DNA of 64,000 nt. Source: Candidatus Omnitrophota bacterium (lineage in GTDB: Bacteria > Omnitrophota > Gorgyraeia > Tantalellales > Tantalellaceae). The translations under genes and the position numbers were made by a program. Location: NCBI GenBank assembly GCA_015231405.1, contig JADGBR010000005.1, forward strand, positions 40,034 to 104,033. Reading direction: 5' to 3'. Shown in pieces: positions 58,501 through 64,000 of this stretch (within the stretch, counting starts at the first letter, position 1; each line of letters opens with the position of its first letter). The notes under the pieces were generated by a model. That model ran no database searches and was not told the DNA's origin. It worked only from the letters and a program-made list of their open reading frames with translations.

Positions 58501-61500
58501 TATCCACCTCTTTCGCTCCGGAGGCGTATCTTACAACCTTATGTTCCTTATAAGAGACCAAGAGCCTGTTGTGCCGGTCGACGGTGAAAGCCCATATTGC
58601 TCGCCTTTTCCCCGTATCTCCGTCCGACATGAACACCTTTCCGTCCGCGCCGATATTCTTATTTACGCGCCAGTTCTCATCGTAGACCACGATCTCGTTC
58701 GTGGCGCCGTTCAGGACGTAACGGTTGCCGTCAGTGTCGGTCTTGACGCGGCGGATGTCCTTGAGGCGATAGGTATCGTAGGTCGAAGGTGGAAGGTCGA
58801 TGGTGGAAGGCCCCTCTTCCCCCTTTCCTTGCCTGCCCGCCGTAGCCTTGGCGAAGGCGGGACCCTTGACCCCTGACCCTTGCCCCTTAGACATCGCCCT
58901 ATCCACCACGTCCCACGTTATCTCAGTCGTTTTCCAGTCGGAAGTGGCAGCACTGAGGCGGCCTGTATCGTCGATGTCAAGTTTTACCGCCTGGGCCAGT
59001 TTATCATCGTATATCGTTCCGTTCACGCCGAAACGCGTGTCTAAGTAACCGTAGCGGTCGAGGACGGTTATTCCTTCTATAGTGAGAAGGCATATGTGCC
59101 CGGTGCGGCGGTTGACCTTAATATCCTTTATCCCTCCAAATGGGTGGGTATCACTGAAATATGCCGTAATACCCGCGATAATACCCATATTCCCCAGGTC
59201 CTTGTTAAGCTCTCCTCGTTCGTTGAACGCTATTAACACATCCTTAGTCTTTTCTACAATAAAGATATTCCCTTCATCATCGATATCGATAGCATGTATG
59301 TTGGGTCTTACGGGAAGCAATAATCGTTGCGATATCTCATTGAACAGCGTTTTTTCACCTATGTGTCTTATGAACTTCCCTTGAGGGCTGAACTTGCTTA
59401 TCAGGGGGAACTCCGCTCCACCGTTCGTAACATAGATATACCCGAATTTATCGACGGCGATATTCCGCGGCTCGGACATGTAAACGGCCAGATCCTCATC
59501 GAGCGGAACGGACTCTTTGTCCGGATCTTTTTGCCCGTCTAAGGTATAGAAATCTATGCCGGCATCGGTCATAACTATCTTATTCTTCCCATCCGCCGAC
59601 ATGACCGTATTGGGCATAGAGTCGACTGAAGACCTTTGAGCCATCTTGTGAGCGAACTTTTCAGGACGGATATGCGTCCGCGGCAAGATCACCAGGCCGG
59701 CTATGTCTTCAGAGGAAATATACAGATCGCCTTTATCGTTGAAACCGATATCGTAAGGCTTGCCGAAACCGCCCGTTATTACGCCCCCCTTACCATAAGA
59801 TGGATCCGGTTGTTTTGTGTCGGGATCTATGAAGACTATAGCCCCCGAGCCGAATGCTACGGCTATTCTGCCTTCGAGGTCGACAGCCACTGAGACTGGA
59901 TCCGTATGCCCCAGGTTGGGTAAGAAAATCGGTCCGCCCACCGCCGCTTTGGCGTTATACCAGCCTATTCTATCCTCATAGAGATCGTAATACTTGCCCT
60001 CTTTTCCGGAGGCTATATCCCTTATGCCTATGGAGTGCGGGAACCTGCCGATGAACCCACCCGTATCGAGATGGTATCTGTATACCGCGTTGTTCGAGCA
60101 GAGAACATATAATAGTCTTTCACCCTCGTCCACCGTCATGGATAGGGGTTCATGATCAGGTTGTTGAAGTTTGAGAATACCGTCACCATCGGGACCGAAA
60201 GCAGTATCAGGCCGCAAGTCGCTTTTCAGCGCGAATATTTTGCCTTTCTCGTCGGCGACGAAAACGCGGCCGGTCTTCCTGTCCTCGGCCATGCATGATG
60301 GTCTATTGATATCCAGGCTGACGAAATCGGGCGCCGATGTTCCTCGGCCTATGGCTAATTCTAATTTTCCGGAAGGAGCAAAGACCTTCACGACATTACC
60401 GGTTATCGACATGATATGCCCGTCTCGCCGGACGATGAATTTTTCTTTTTTGACCGCACGGTTGTCTTTATCGGCTATCCGTTTCGGGAGGACGCGTTGC
60501 CTTAGTTGCCGGAGTTCGGGGTTGGCCTTCTCTTCCTGAGACATAACAGGCCGTAACTCAGCCGCGCCCAGAGGCACCATATAGACCGCTTTTTCTTCGG
60601 GACTAAGGATGACTAGATCGGGACTCGCCGTACCGCTCCTAGTGCCCGGATATAAGGCTACCCCGCCCGGGACATATTTCCCCGACGGAAGCGGGAAGAT
60701 ACCGTCAGGTAAAGGCCCGTTGTCGCGATGTAATACCATCGATGTTCTATCCCTTCCCAAATAGCACATATGGTCTTCGAAGGGGACCATCCCGATAGGT
60801 TCGTCAAGACGTTCCGGCATAACTGTCCGGAATGGGACACCCGCCCCGGAGTAATTAAACTCTTCCTTTACGGTCCTTATGATCTTCCTCACGGGATCGA
60901 CGAATAAGTTCCCGGGTGCGTCTTTCTTAATATCAAGGCCCGATATCCTGCTCCCGCTGGGAAATGTAAGGTCGGGCTCGCAGTTACTGTTAAGGACCTG
61001 GATATACGGAGCGCCTCCTTCCTCACCAAGACAAAGGACAAATATCCTGTGGTCTACCTCCCCATCCACGGCCACGGAGACTGGGCGTTTAAACCAACCC
61101 ATCCCCTTACCTATAATACCGCCGGGGCCGAACCTGGTTTCCGGTTCACCGTTCATATCGAACACTTTTATATCATTGTCACCCATGTCAGGAACAAAAA
61201 TATTATCGTCAAGGCCGCTGTTGAAAGAGGCGATAACGACATCGGCCGGGTCATTGAAAGAGCCGAACTCTTTAACTACCGTGAATCCAGCGCTGTCATG
61301 CTTTTCCCTTATCAGCTTTTTAACTTTTTTGTCGGACTTATCGATAGTGTAAAGAGCATTATCCCGGTCCATGGCCAGCTTCCACGGTTCTTTTACTCCC
61401 TCTATGGCTATTTTCAAGTACCCCGGGGCATATCCTTTCAAGAGGTGAGTATCGCCGTCAATGACCCATACAATATCGCTACCGTTCTCCGCTATAAGGA

Positions 61501-64000
61501 TATCACCGTCATCGTCGACGCTTATTTTACGGTCCGCACCCGCCTTTATTCTTATACCTATATCACCGAATTTTATCGCCCCGAGATAAGCCCCGCTCGT
61601 ACGGTCGACTATAGTTATGCCCTCCTTCTTCTCTTCACTGCCGAGAAGCAAGAGCCGCCCGTGCTTCTCGAGGGCTATGCCGGTCAAATATCTATGATCG
61701 GCAGCGCCAGGCAGGGACTCATCCCGCGATGCCCTGACTTTATCAAGCGCCTTTACCTCTTCCCCATTAACAATATAGTAGACATTACCATTTTCACCGT
61801 TCTCAACCGTAAAGTCGACGACCCCTTCACCTATATCGCAATAACCTATGCCCAAAAAAGCAAGGTCCCTAAGATCGTCTTTCCCGGTTTTTACTAAATA
61901 ATATCTTTTAGGACCGGACCAATCAGGGGCATAGGCATGTTCAAAAAGATAATATAGGCACCCCTGATCATCCGCCTTCATTTCGATGAGCCCGCCCAAC
62001 GCCACTATGCCCGAGTACATCCCATAGACAGGTATAGTAACCGGTCCGCCTTCGCCTTTACTCCTGTATTTCACCGCTCCAACGTCCTCATAGAATACGA
62101 CAGGGGTGTCATTATTGCTTATAGTTACCGCCTTTATCTTCAGCCTTTCGCCGCTACTCTCGATGAATATCCGCCCGTTCTCGCCTATCGCCGGGTTTAT
62201 TACCCAGTTCTTGTCGTACACGATTATCTCGTTCGCGCCTTTGTTCAGGACGTATTTGTTGCCTTTAGCGTCGCTCTTGACATGGCCTATGTCGGTGATC
62301 CTGTATGTATCGTCCGACGTCCCACGTCCTACGTCCCACGTCCTACGTTCAACGTCTGACGTCCTACGTCCTACGTCCAACGTCCCACGGAAACCAGTTT
62401 GCCCCTTCTCAACTTCCGCCAGATACACCCCGTATTCCACCCCCGCCAACTCTTTGAGCGTCGCCAAATGATCTGCCGCAGCTTCAATGCTTTCCGAACT
62501 CACCGGCTTTGGCCTAGGCGGCAGTACCGGCTCGACCGGTCCGGCCCGTACGGGCTCGACTCGCTTTCTCATCCACTCGACCGGCTCGAGGCGCATCTCC
62601 TGGCGGGCTACTCTGCCATCGGGCATGACGAACGCCATATTCCCCGCTCCGGTGATAAAATCTCCCGCATCGGGGACTCTCCCATTATCCACTTCCAAAT
62701 ATCCGCCTTCGCCTATACCCTCGTCGAGTTTCCCGGTATGGGGATCAACGACCGCCGCCCTTCGCCCGTTTTTATCGAAAAATATCAACCTGTTCATCTC
62801 GCGGTCAAATGCCGCCTGAGCGGCGTTAACGCCGAATTTAGAGTCGCTGAAACTCGCCACCTCATGGGCCCTATTATTTTCAATATCGATATTAGCTAAC
62901 ACATCGACCGCCAGAAGCCCTTCTCCCAAAGGCGAAGTATGCGCGTAAACTACTGAGAGTTCGTCATTTTCGCCGAAAAATATCTTTCTCGCCGAGGTAG
63001 AAACTATCCCTTTCGCGTTTGCCATATTTTTCCAAACCGGCGAATATTTCACCGGCGCCGTCGGCTCGCGCCATATCTCAAATATGCCGTTTTCCAGGAG
63101 TACGAATATCTCGCCCCTTGAATTGACATCCATTGATATCCCTTTACAATTACCTCCGCGGGCCCTGATCGTCCCCTTATCGGCCGTGACGGTATCCAGG
63201 GACCCGTCGGGATTAAAGAAATAAACGATATTCTCGGTGGCCGTGGCGCAAAGGACCAGGATCTTGATACCTGTCCCGGTATCGGGCATTACTGCCATGG
63301 CCTTCACTTCCTGCATGTAAAAATGCACATCCTGAGTCTCCCCTGGAAGCCGGAATGTTACCCTCCCGTCCGGAGCGCCGATAAAGTTACGGACTACGGT
63401 GCCGTCAGTCATTATCTTGTTAATGAAATACAGAGCGGTCCCGGCGACAGGAGGCGCGGCTGACTTTTCGGCGAAATAGATATTTCCTTCATTGTCGGTC
63501 GCTTTGAACGTCGGCTCCAGGTATTGATCTTTGGTAACGGTCACTTCGGGTTTATTGATAAGCGGTATCGTAACCCGGCTTTCGGACGCTTCGTCCGTGA
63601 CTATGAGCCCGCCTTCTTTATCGAATTTTATGTCGATGGGCGTTGTTATGCCGAATTCTTTAAGGTCTATCTCTCCGTCATCCGCGAAATCCGTATCGGA
63701 GGTGCCGTCGGGCCTGTATATGAGAAGGATGTTCTTTTCTTTCGAGGCCAGGAATATCCTTTTAGAATAGAGGTCGACGGCTATCGAGAACTCTGTGCCG
63801 TATTTTCTGTCGATCTTGATCGCACCCATTTTTGATCCCGACGTGCTGAACGGGACCATCCTTTCATTCTTGTCCATCCTGACAAGATACGCGCCGTCGG
63901 CGTTGGAGCACATGACAAGGATATTTTCATTCACATCCAGCGCCATATCTCCGGGCGCGACCAGAGCGAGCTGGCCAAAACTTGCGGCAACGCTTTCTAT
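46508..64000 (-). CDS. Giant (>5,830 aa, 5'-truncated) NHL/delta-60-like beta-propeller repeat protein built of three ~1,150-aa and two ~640-aa modules plus a C-terminal domain
   Basis: Frame stays open to 64000 (IESVAASFGQLALVAPGDM...); many PxxxAVDxxGxIYV-type blades and LDTRFGxxG motifs; module markers DTYR..GNxYVLN..NEIxVYD.NW and KGYAPGYLKI each occur 3 times; DRIIYDPDEDGG occurs twice. Confidence 0.93.
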   Translation of the reverse strand: MESVAASFGQLALVAPGDMALDVNENILVMCSNADGAYLVRMDKNERMVPFSTSGSKMGAIKIDRKYGTEFSIAVDLYSKRIFLASKEKNILLIYRPDGTSDTDFADDGEIDLKEFGITTPIDIKFDKEGGLIVTDEASESRVTIPLINKPEVTVTKDQYLEPTFKATDNEGNIYFAEKSAAPPVAGTALYFINKIMTDGTVVRNFIGAPDGRVTFRLPGETQDVHFYMQEVKAMAVMPDTGTGIKILVLCATATENIVYFFNPDGSLDTVTADKGTIRARGGNCKGISMDVNSRGEIFVLLENGIFEIWREPTAPVKYSPVWKNMANAKGIVSTSARKIFFGENDELSVVYAHTSPLGEGLLAVDVLANIDIENNRAHEVASFSDSKFGVNAAQAAFDREMNRLIFFDKNGRRAAVVDPHTGKLDEGIGEGGYLEVDNGRVPDAGDFITGAGNMAFVMPDGRVARQEMRLEPVEWMRKRVEPVRAGPVEPVLPPRPKPVSSESIEAAADHLATLKELAGVEYGVYLAEVEKGQTGFRGTLDVGRRTSDVERRTWDVGRGTSDDTYRITDIGHVKSDAKGNKYVLNKGANEIIVYDKNWVINPAIGENGRIFIESSGERLKIKAVTISNNDTPVVFYEDVGAVKYRSKGEGGPVTIPVYGMYSGIVALGGLIEMKADDQGCLYYLFEHAYAPDWSGPKRYYLVKTGKDDLRDLAFLGIGYCDIGEGVVDFTVENGENGNVYYIVNGEEVKALDKVRASRDESLPGAADHRYLTGIALEKHGRLLLLGSEEKKEGITIVDRTSGAYLGAIKFGDIGIRIKAGADRKISVDDDGDILIAENGSDIVWVIDGDTHLLKGYAPGYLKIAIEGVKEPWKLAMDRDNALYTIDKSDKKVKKLIREKHDSAGFTVVKEFGSFNDPADVVIASFNSGLDDNIFVPDMGDNDIKVFDMNGEPETRFGPGGIIGKGMGWFKRPVSVAVDGEVDHRIFVLCLGEEGGAPYIQVLNSNCEPDLTFPSGSRISGLDIKKDAPGNLFVDPVRKIIRTVKEEFNYSGAGVPFRTVMPERLDEPIGMVPFEDHMCYLGRDRTSMVLHRDNGPLPDGIFPLPSGKYVPGGVALYPGTRSGTASPDLVILSPEEKAVYMVPLGAAELRPVMSQEEKANPELRQLRQRVLPKRIADKDNRAVKKEKFIVRRDGHIMSITGNVVKVFAPSGKLELAIGRGTSAPDFVSLDINRPSCMAEDRKTGRVFVADEKGKIFALKSDLRPDTAFGPDGDGILKLQQPDHEPLSMTVDEGERLLYVLCSNNAVYRYHLDTGGFIGRFPHSIGIRDIASGKEGKYYDLYEDRIGWYNAKAAVGGPIFLPNLGHTDPVSVAVDLEGRIAVAFGSGAIVFIDPDTKQPDPSYGKGGVITGGFGKPYDIGFNDKGDLYISSEDIAGLVILPRTHIRPEKFAHKMAQRSSVDSMPNTVMSADGKNKIVMTDAGIDFYTLDGQKDPDKESVPLDEDLAVYMSEPRNIAVDKFGYIYVTNGGAEFPLISKFSPQGKFIRHIGEKTLFNEISQRLLLPVRPNIHAIDIDDEGNIFIVEKTKDVLIAFNERGELNKDLGNMGIIAGITAYFSDTHPFGGIKDIKVNRRTGHICLLTIEGITVLDRYGYLDTRFGVNGTIYDDKLAQAVKLDIDDTGRLSAATSDWKTTEITWDVVDRAMSKGQGSGVKGPAFAKATAGRQGKGEEGPSTIDLPPSTYDTYRLKDIRRVKTDTDGNRYVLNGATNEIVVYDENWRVNKNIGADGKVFMSDGDTGKRRAIWAFTVDRHNRLLVSYKEHKVVRYASGAKEVDREITVPDSLGPGERLSKVIDITTDDQDKIYWLLVTNSGFAVVLKEFVDGGLDPDFVGPTDAKMIKTFGSGFSFCVQDGAEGKLILASIGDRQISIYNKNTGKYAATTLVHGESYGFDFPLDIMHDQNNNLVVLDSEEISGTERVARVTVIDTSSWKKISETRFSGRSFGTMSGDRNGDILFVGEQGKNDIITVADGGTFRIKGYAPGYLKIPFEGVREPFKLDMDHEGALWTIDRADKKVKKLAREKHDGDKFKVVNVAHDKGHPLIDPRDLVIDTLDGGKTMNIFVPDAGDATVKPSIKVYTMKGELDTRCSGSGVIPLEKEEIPLGVTIYKKDNGFAIMVLCKEKDKDKYFVRVIEGELEPAVSILLGSVIKIADNDPALAMDSITWNGNALILTNSATGAVSAMALNGDVLEMKPGYFNNPVSVKAIGEGRTAVLNGDTGSLAVLQDNSGKDYFVIPPSAGAFNEPAGLAANSSWDSFHDLYVINAGDHTISMVPLESLGERPAVTPGEKSDPVLRDLRDISFSPRRIRDFDPPAKEIYFAVLGEDQTIFALNPCAADGKNKRYFTYHPASKSVMAFNSGQELDADFGPDKNGSLQGHQEGVKAIAVDEARRKIYVLTNESLDQVKIFNADTGIMISDFSPLDDQKDVAVDPRDGKICLLSNDGRLELFSDTGQPIETFNLNDYGISPRRLAVDSEGRVFAAYEEGFVGVFGLSLDGKVCVLLESFGYAGKIYGDFDMPFCIGLNNKGDLYVTGLETGLELLPREYIVQAKPFVHATAAFNSRKNDKELFARGTVDYDGNIYVSLYNVDSMKHIIRSSLPGGGPNTDFGVTGEIERGREGILDLKLSADGKNLIVLENGHLVFLKLDGSVDHSEEIQKPGKLAIDGNGFIYVMDPEKGTGAPGEYRIYKYSPNGKFLRAFCDKNELDGYLGQNARFQASVFDIDADGNFFVMGEAWTGQPKIIVSFDEFGRVNKDFGGKERAFAHARYSGLDTYGEVHKLTINRATGHMFLIDREGNVGSGRVEDNRLICLTRDGRLDTRFGGNGIIKDAKFGRVQDTYISAKGELWVFTDGDAHNAVKLTWEGTEGLGHGAEGQKLRGTLDVGRRTSDEGRVTSHVPHPTSYDTYRLTGLGRVKTGLDGNRYVLNGAGNEIVVYDANWRVNTSMGSNGRVFMPKGNAGERHKIEAFALDRKNRLIVYYEEYKGVRYEPGAKKKDIILPGLNRPKFDVKEVMDIAVDDMGSVYWLVRVKDDENEEFMSVVKCSEDGQKDPDFNGPAGNGNFGRVSSLWSFCVEDGANGNLYLAGAVSNEILVFDKNTGKKATPAERLEGVNLGFENHMDIILDKNMNLLILNSFQPDPDKHSERVNRITVIDPRQAKPIRTVSLSPRNLYSLSLDSNGDILVTDFDDNIVYAVDSDTYSIKGYAPGYLKIPFEGVREPFKLDMDDKGALWTIDLADKKLKRLERAGHDGDVFKVTAEVSDDGHPFIDPRDLVIDTVDEGATMNIFVPDAGDGDVKVFDMNGKLDTRFAGSGVISLPDDEIPLGVAVKADNDGTKPAIFVLCKKKELEFHQIYVFNGDGSPYNDFPLGQIMCIGSNDPNLAMDGITYDQVTRHLHLTNSANGSYFKVNIDNFDRDSHPAEFNAPKSIKYLTDGRIAVLNGENGSLALTDGSGISVIPPSAGGFDKPSGFAANADFDPFHDLYVINAGDHTISMVPYGVMGMRPLLTPGEKTSPDLKALRDTAITPKRIREYAPGRKKQNFVVTDKGNIELTNFFCAYDNKRGKFYEESFPVDIDEEGAMKYTLKDPKHLDQYEIASGTHIPNILKAPCKDITVRQNDGTIYLLGENGKLMALSRDKTWLGEWDLNPHGRDPSRLGVDHEGNIFVAYDAGYIVVFDPIAPTLTVNKNFGLSGKIYGNFDKPYCIRLNKKGDLYVTGENTGLELLPREYIRPVIPFKHVPQAIKNGKKGDEVLAAGTVDADGNIYEVWVETRAGGRSVIRSTKPNGEPNMAFNHDSEFNFSAISIFGVNDIRVLPDGKGLAVLDAGGALILIGLNGKLNKIPLKDAPGSPEIKGPDALAVDDKGFIYILDTRRSENTDPCMISKFSPDGTFIKRMAEKKYLEDHFGARFVAVSSFDVDSDGNFYLFGRLDQTGESRMVLSLNEFGLLNKDFGFNGIGHADARYAGIDTFGKVELLRINRLTGHIFLWDKQDNRVMALDRFGRIDTRFGKNGIITDDGFIDPVTMDISGDGSLCVFCKNEPETPVIKWPAMSRGTLDVGRRTSHIPRPTSNGKPNPGDMTVDSKGRIWVINNDTWEINVYDSNWEPTKGFANDGTIVVFSTGQGIRHILKPHSLAVVIDGGEEYLYVSVSDGKVQKFSLHTDPDPKTPKKMNIDGKDVRVFRGWIEGVAIPGITKADRIIYDPDEDGGKLYFIDNGSNKIVKTNLAMTVDGGFLNDITDIIARFYGTGPDRRVKVADMAVMGDSLYALVAGVTPGVRNMLCKMTKDGRLITFSDPLWNSNCYPLSVTPDPNGAFLAVLNSDGSVFILDKDMAHKSTVPDDYSAVDPGYSAQSDTFEGTRSIRFLDTTSGPQRVVVSHSDPGAVIGSVLGVPGVTGILPKYRKTVKGITGDMVDMKRLKFNDTPGAVRWVACLKERSGDEGCRVELYPENGKGPEPTKLSLNSVGIPGGMDIIYDNDQGLHLFLITDKADDTVKVFKWVVNSGVLMPDDRFGNKNGIITGGNRLVAGVTDIVHGRVTTNSGWYLLNKNPGGRPFISAIDYFGSTWADAAGCWHKGHIELTDIPGAMEDPDRLFYDSESHSIFVSSRSKNVVTRISLVEGVEMSQRITHYPVDKPYDIFVKNKALYAASTGSDSVHVIDILSGEILAVIPASAGGFSGLQFLDLSDNRLLAGNTADGTISRSLFDITDIDQLKSLSSVGRPTSHVPRPTLPRLPDPSDMTIDNEGRIWVVNREAKEIQVYSRDWNLIPDMGDNGSFVILSEDGKRIVSPRGVVMDNGGRLYVAGDDGLVRKFYFNDNPVPDYKIVEGRKIKLIKGDYEIKRVPGIDKFDRIIYDPDEDGGRLYFISGDDNRIVKTDMGLVPASDFKEELKDTLDVQVVGKDKVRIVDMAVKGEELLVVISAGKGSTENRIYRLARNGVFSITKSARSQGDPWLNNYPVSVAVNPGQVGFMVLNSDGSVYTFDETMSKTDEKALKFGKMEPPSGAYHTIRAAEMPFGTRVIVSNPGSGTVIDTEPEELNISGVVPRYQRDTVVSEGKPALGVAPFTVGDINYTAVLTDDHGSDHKKAIEISRFSLHGNETVLYLDGSNTATGWPEPNHVKEPAGMAIIQGSGYIRFFIADKGDNTIKVYRYSLSAAPGFWAPDPDYSENGINGIIGAGKDWFKNPVGLAIGGDGLYVLNKGDITEGAYITVVNLKGGSLRSDNNNSWHNGFIKRTTVDLRDADRICFDAESFSLLVSDLQNDMVTRIYLTGSAGKKIESIPVAAPAGMEVVGNKLFIAGLDTDEVTVYDLKESKVLGIIPRGLGGFDGPSHLWYSGDRLFALNEGDGSVSRLLFDVESLQFPEPGSVERRTSHIPRPTSHGIYPTSHGTPDIDKKLEILRAAKEKYNQILAIDREIEEIAAGPDSAGNGAKIAELRKRREGIRDSMKPREKGPVVTKELADAVARLLIVRRAAYIDAAAKVMAAAMPVFGGFEWFRDIVKIIEKQSPATIKAVTRVMAGTAETTAAEYDERASRFVSYAEGHLGKTQGEAEADLAGLASGLEAGTPRSLIIYAEDILDNAVRFDELENSINDMVKEKNILSGGKIILYSRDEKRYAEKGAEADKLAAIIGRAAPGVEIVALKKWEHPKLFTAIDNDPYKDLNTEVETLIKVLNSAARKGGEAQYKPENILGIIRANGINWAKAKLTYKVKVPVIVMNDNVLGVYRFGDLLTRLVGMRASAAKDGEKWKNAAWLDLYTPAVLLDTEMYANYLIYRHQILSRA
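47691..47755. repeat. In-frame ACGTRGG heptamer array, junction module B2 / C-terminal domain
   Basis: ccatgggacgtgggat..cgtgggacgtaggacgtgggatgtgggacgtcctacgttccac; encodes VERRTSHIPRPTSHGIYPTSHG. Confidence 0.85.
49662..49700. repeat. In-frame ACGTRGG heptamer array, junction B1 / B2
   Basis: aacgtaggacgtgggacgtgggacgtgggacgtcctacg; encodes VGRPTSHVPRPT. Confidence 0.85.
51631..51688. repeat. In-frame palindromic heptamer array, junction A3 / B1
   Basis: cgttggacgtgggacgtgggatgtgggacgtcctacgtcctacgtccaacgtcccacg; encodes RGTLDVGRRTSHIPRPTSN. Confidence 0.9.
55123..55245. repeat. In-frame palindromic heptamer array plus degenerate C-rich run, junction A2 / A3
   Basis: cgtaggacgtgggatgtgggacgtgggacgt ... 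gacgtcctacgtcctacgtccaacgtcccacg; encodes RGTLDVGRRTSDEGRVTSHVPHPTS. Confidence 0.9.
58780..58888. repeat. In-frame composite repeat (AGGTSGA heptamers + REP palindrome + GACCCYT heptamers), junction A1 / A2
   Basis: aggtcga aggtgga aggtcga tggtgga; cctgcccgccgtagccttggcgaaggcggg; gaccctt gacccct gaccctt gcccctt; encodes KGQGSGVKGPAFAKATAGRQGKGEEGPSTIDLPPST. Confidence 0.85.
62311..62389. repeat. In-frame 11-unit CGTCCYA heptamer array, junction N-region / A1
   Basis: cgtccga cgtccca cgtccta cgtccca cgtccta cgttcaa cgtctga cgtccta cgtccta cgtccaa cgtccca cg; encodes RGTLDVGRRTSDVERRTWDVGRGTSD. Confidence 0.9.

Noticed and set aside
47756-62310. Diversity-generating retroelement acting on the repeated modules
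   Set aside because: No reverse transcriptase in the window and no TR/VR pair with adenine-specific differences was seen
45352-62389. Recurring ACGTRGG arrays as a CRISPR array
   Set aside because: Spacing is 1-7 kb, units are 7-nt tandem, there are no 30-40-nt spacers and no cas genes
62500-62590. Repeated ggctcga encoding EPV
   Set aside because: Irregularly spaced Pro-rich linker repeats at the protein level, not a 7-mer DNA array
46647-63835. Plus-strand ORFs overlapping giant gene 2
   Set aside because: Same shadow effect; low-information Ser/Pro-rich translations
63946-63946. ATG at 63946 as the start of giant gene 2
   Set aside because: The frame remains open to the window edge, the ATG falls mid-blade, and there is no RBS or signal peptide

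Overview
Bacterial chromosome segment, nearly all coding on the minus strand. A ~22-kb core block (lpxI-fabZ-lpxC-skp-bamA-dnaB-rplI-rpsR-ssb-rpsF-pth-rplY-prs-glmU-tRNA-Gln-spoVG-ispE-tkt-ftsH-like-TPR-bS22-hisG) lies between two giant genes. One encodes a 7,576-aa signal-peptide-bearing chain of unrelated enzyme domains (376..23106). The other encodes a >5,830-aa beta-propeller protein (46508..>64000) that is open at the window edge. Gene content and the giant proteins suggest Ca. Omnitrophota (inference). Main observation: short 7-nt-period repeat arrays and REP-like palindromes fill the intergenic gaps and also sit in frame at all six module junctions of the second giant gene. Three junctions carry an identical 32-nt sequence, with TAG kept out of frame. 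A composite repeat also borders an M23 domain in the first giant gene. This looks like repeat-delimited domain-cassette assembly or length switching of giant proteins, although tolerated insertion into linkers is an alternative. An IS66/GIY-YIG chimeric pseudogene lies between the arms of one REP family. All domain calls are by-eye motif recognition; no searches were run.
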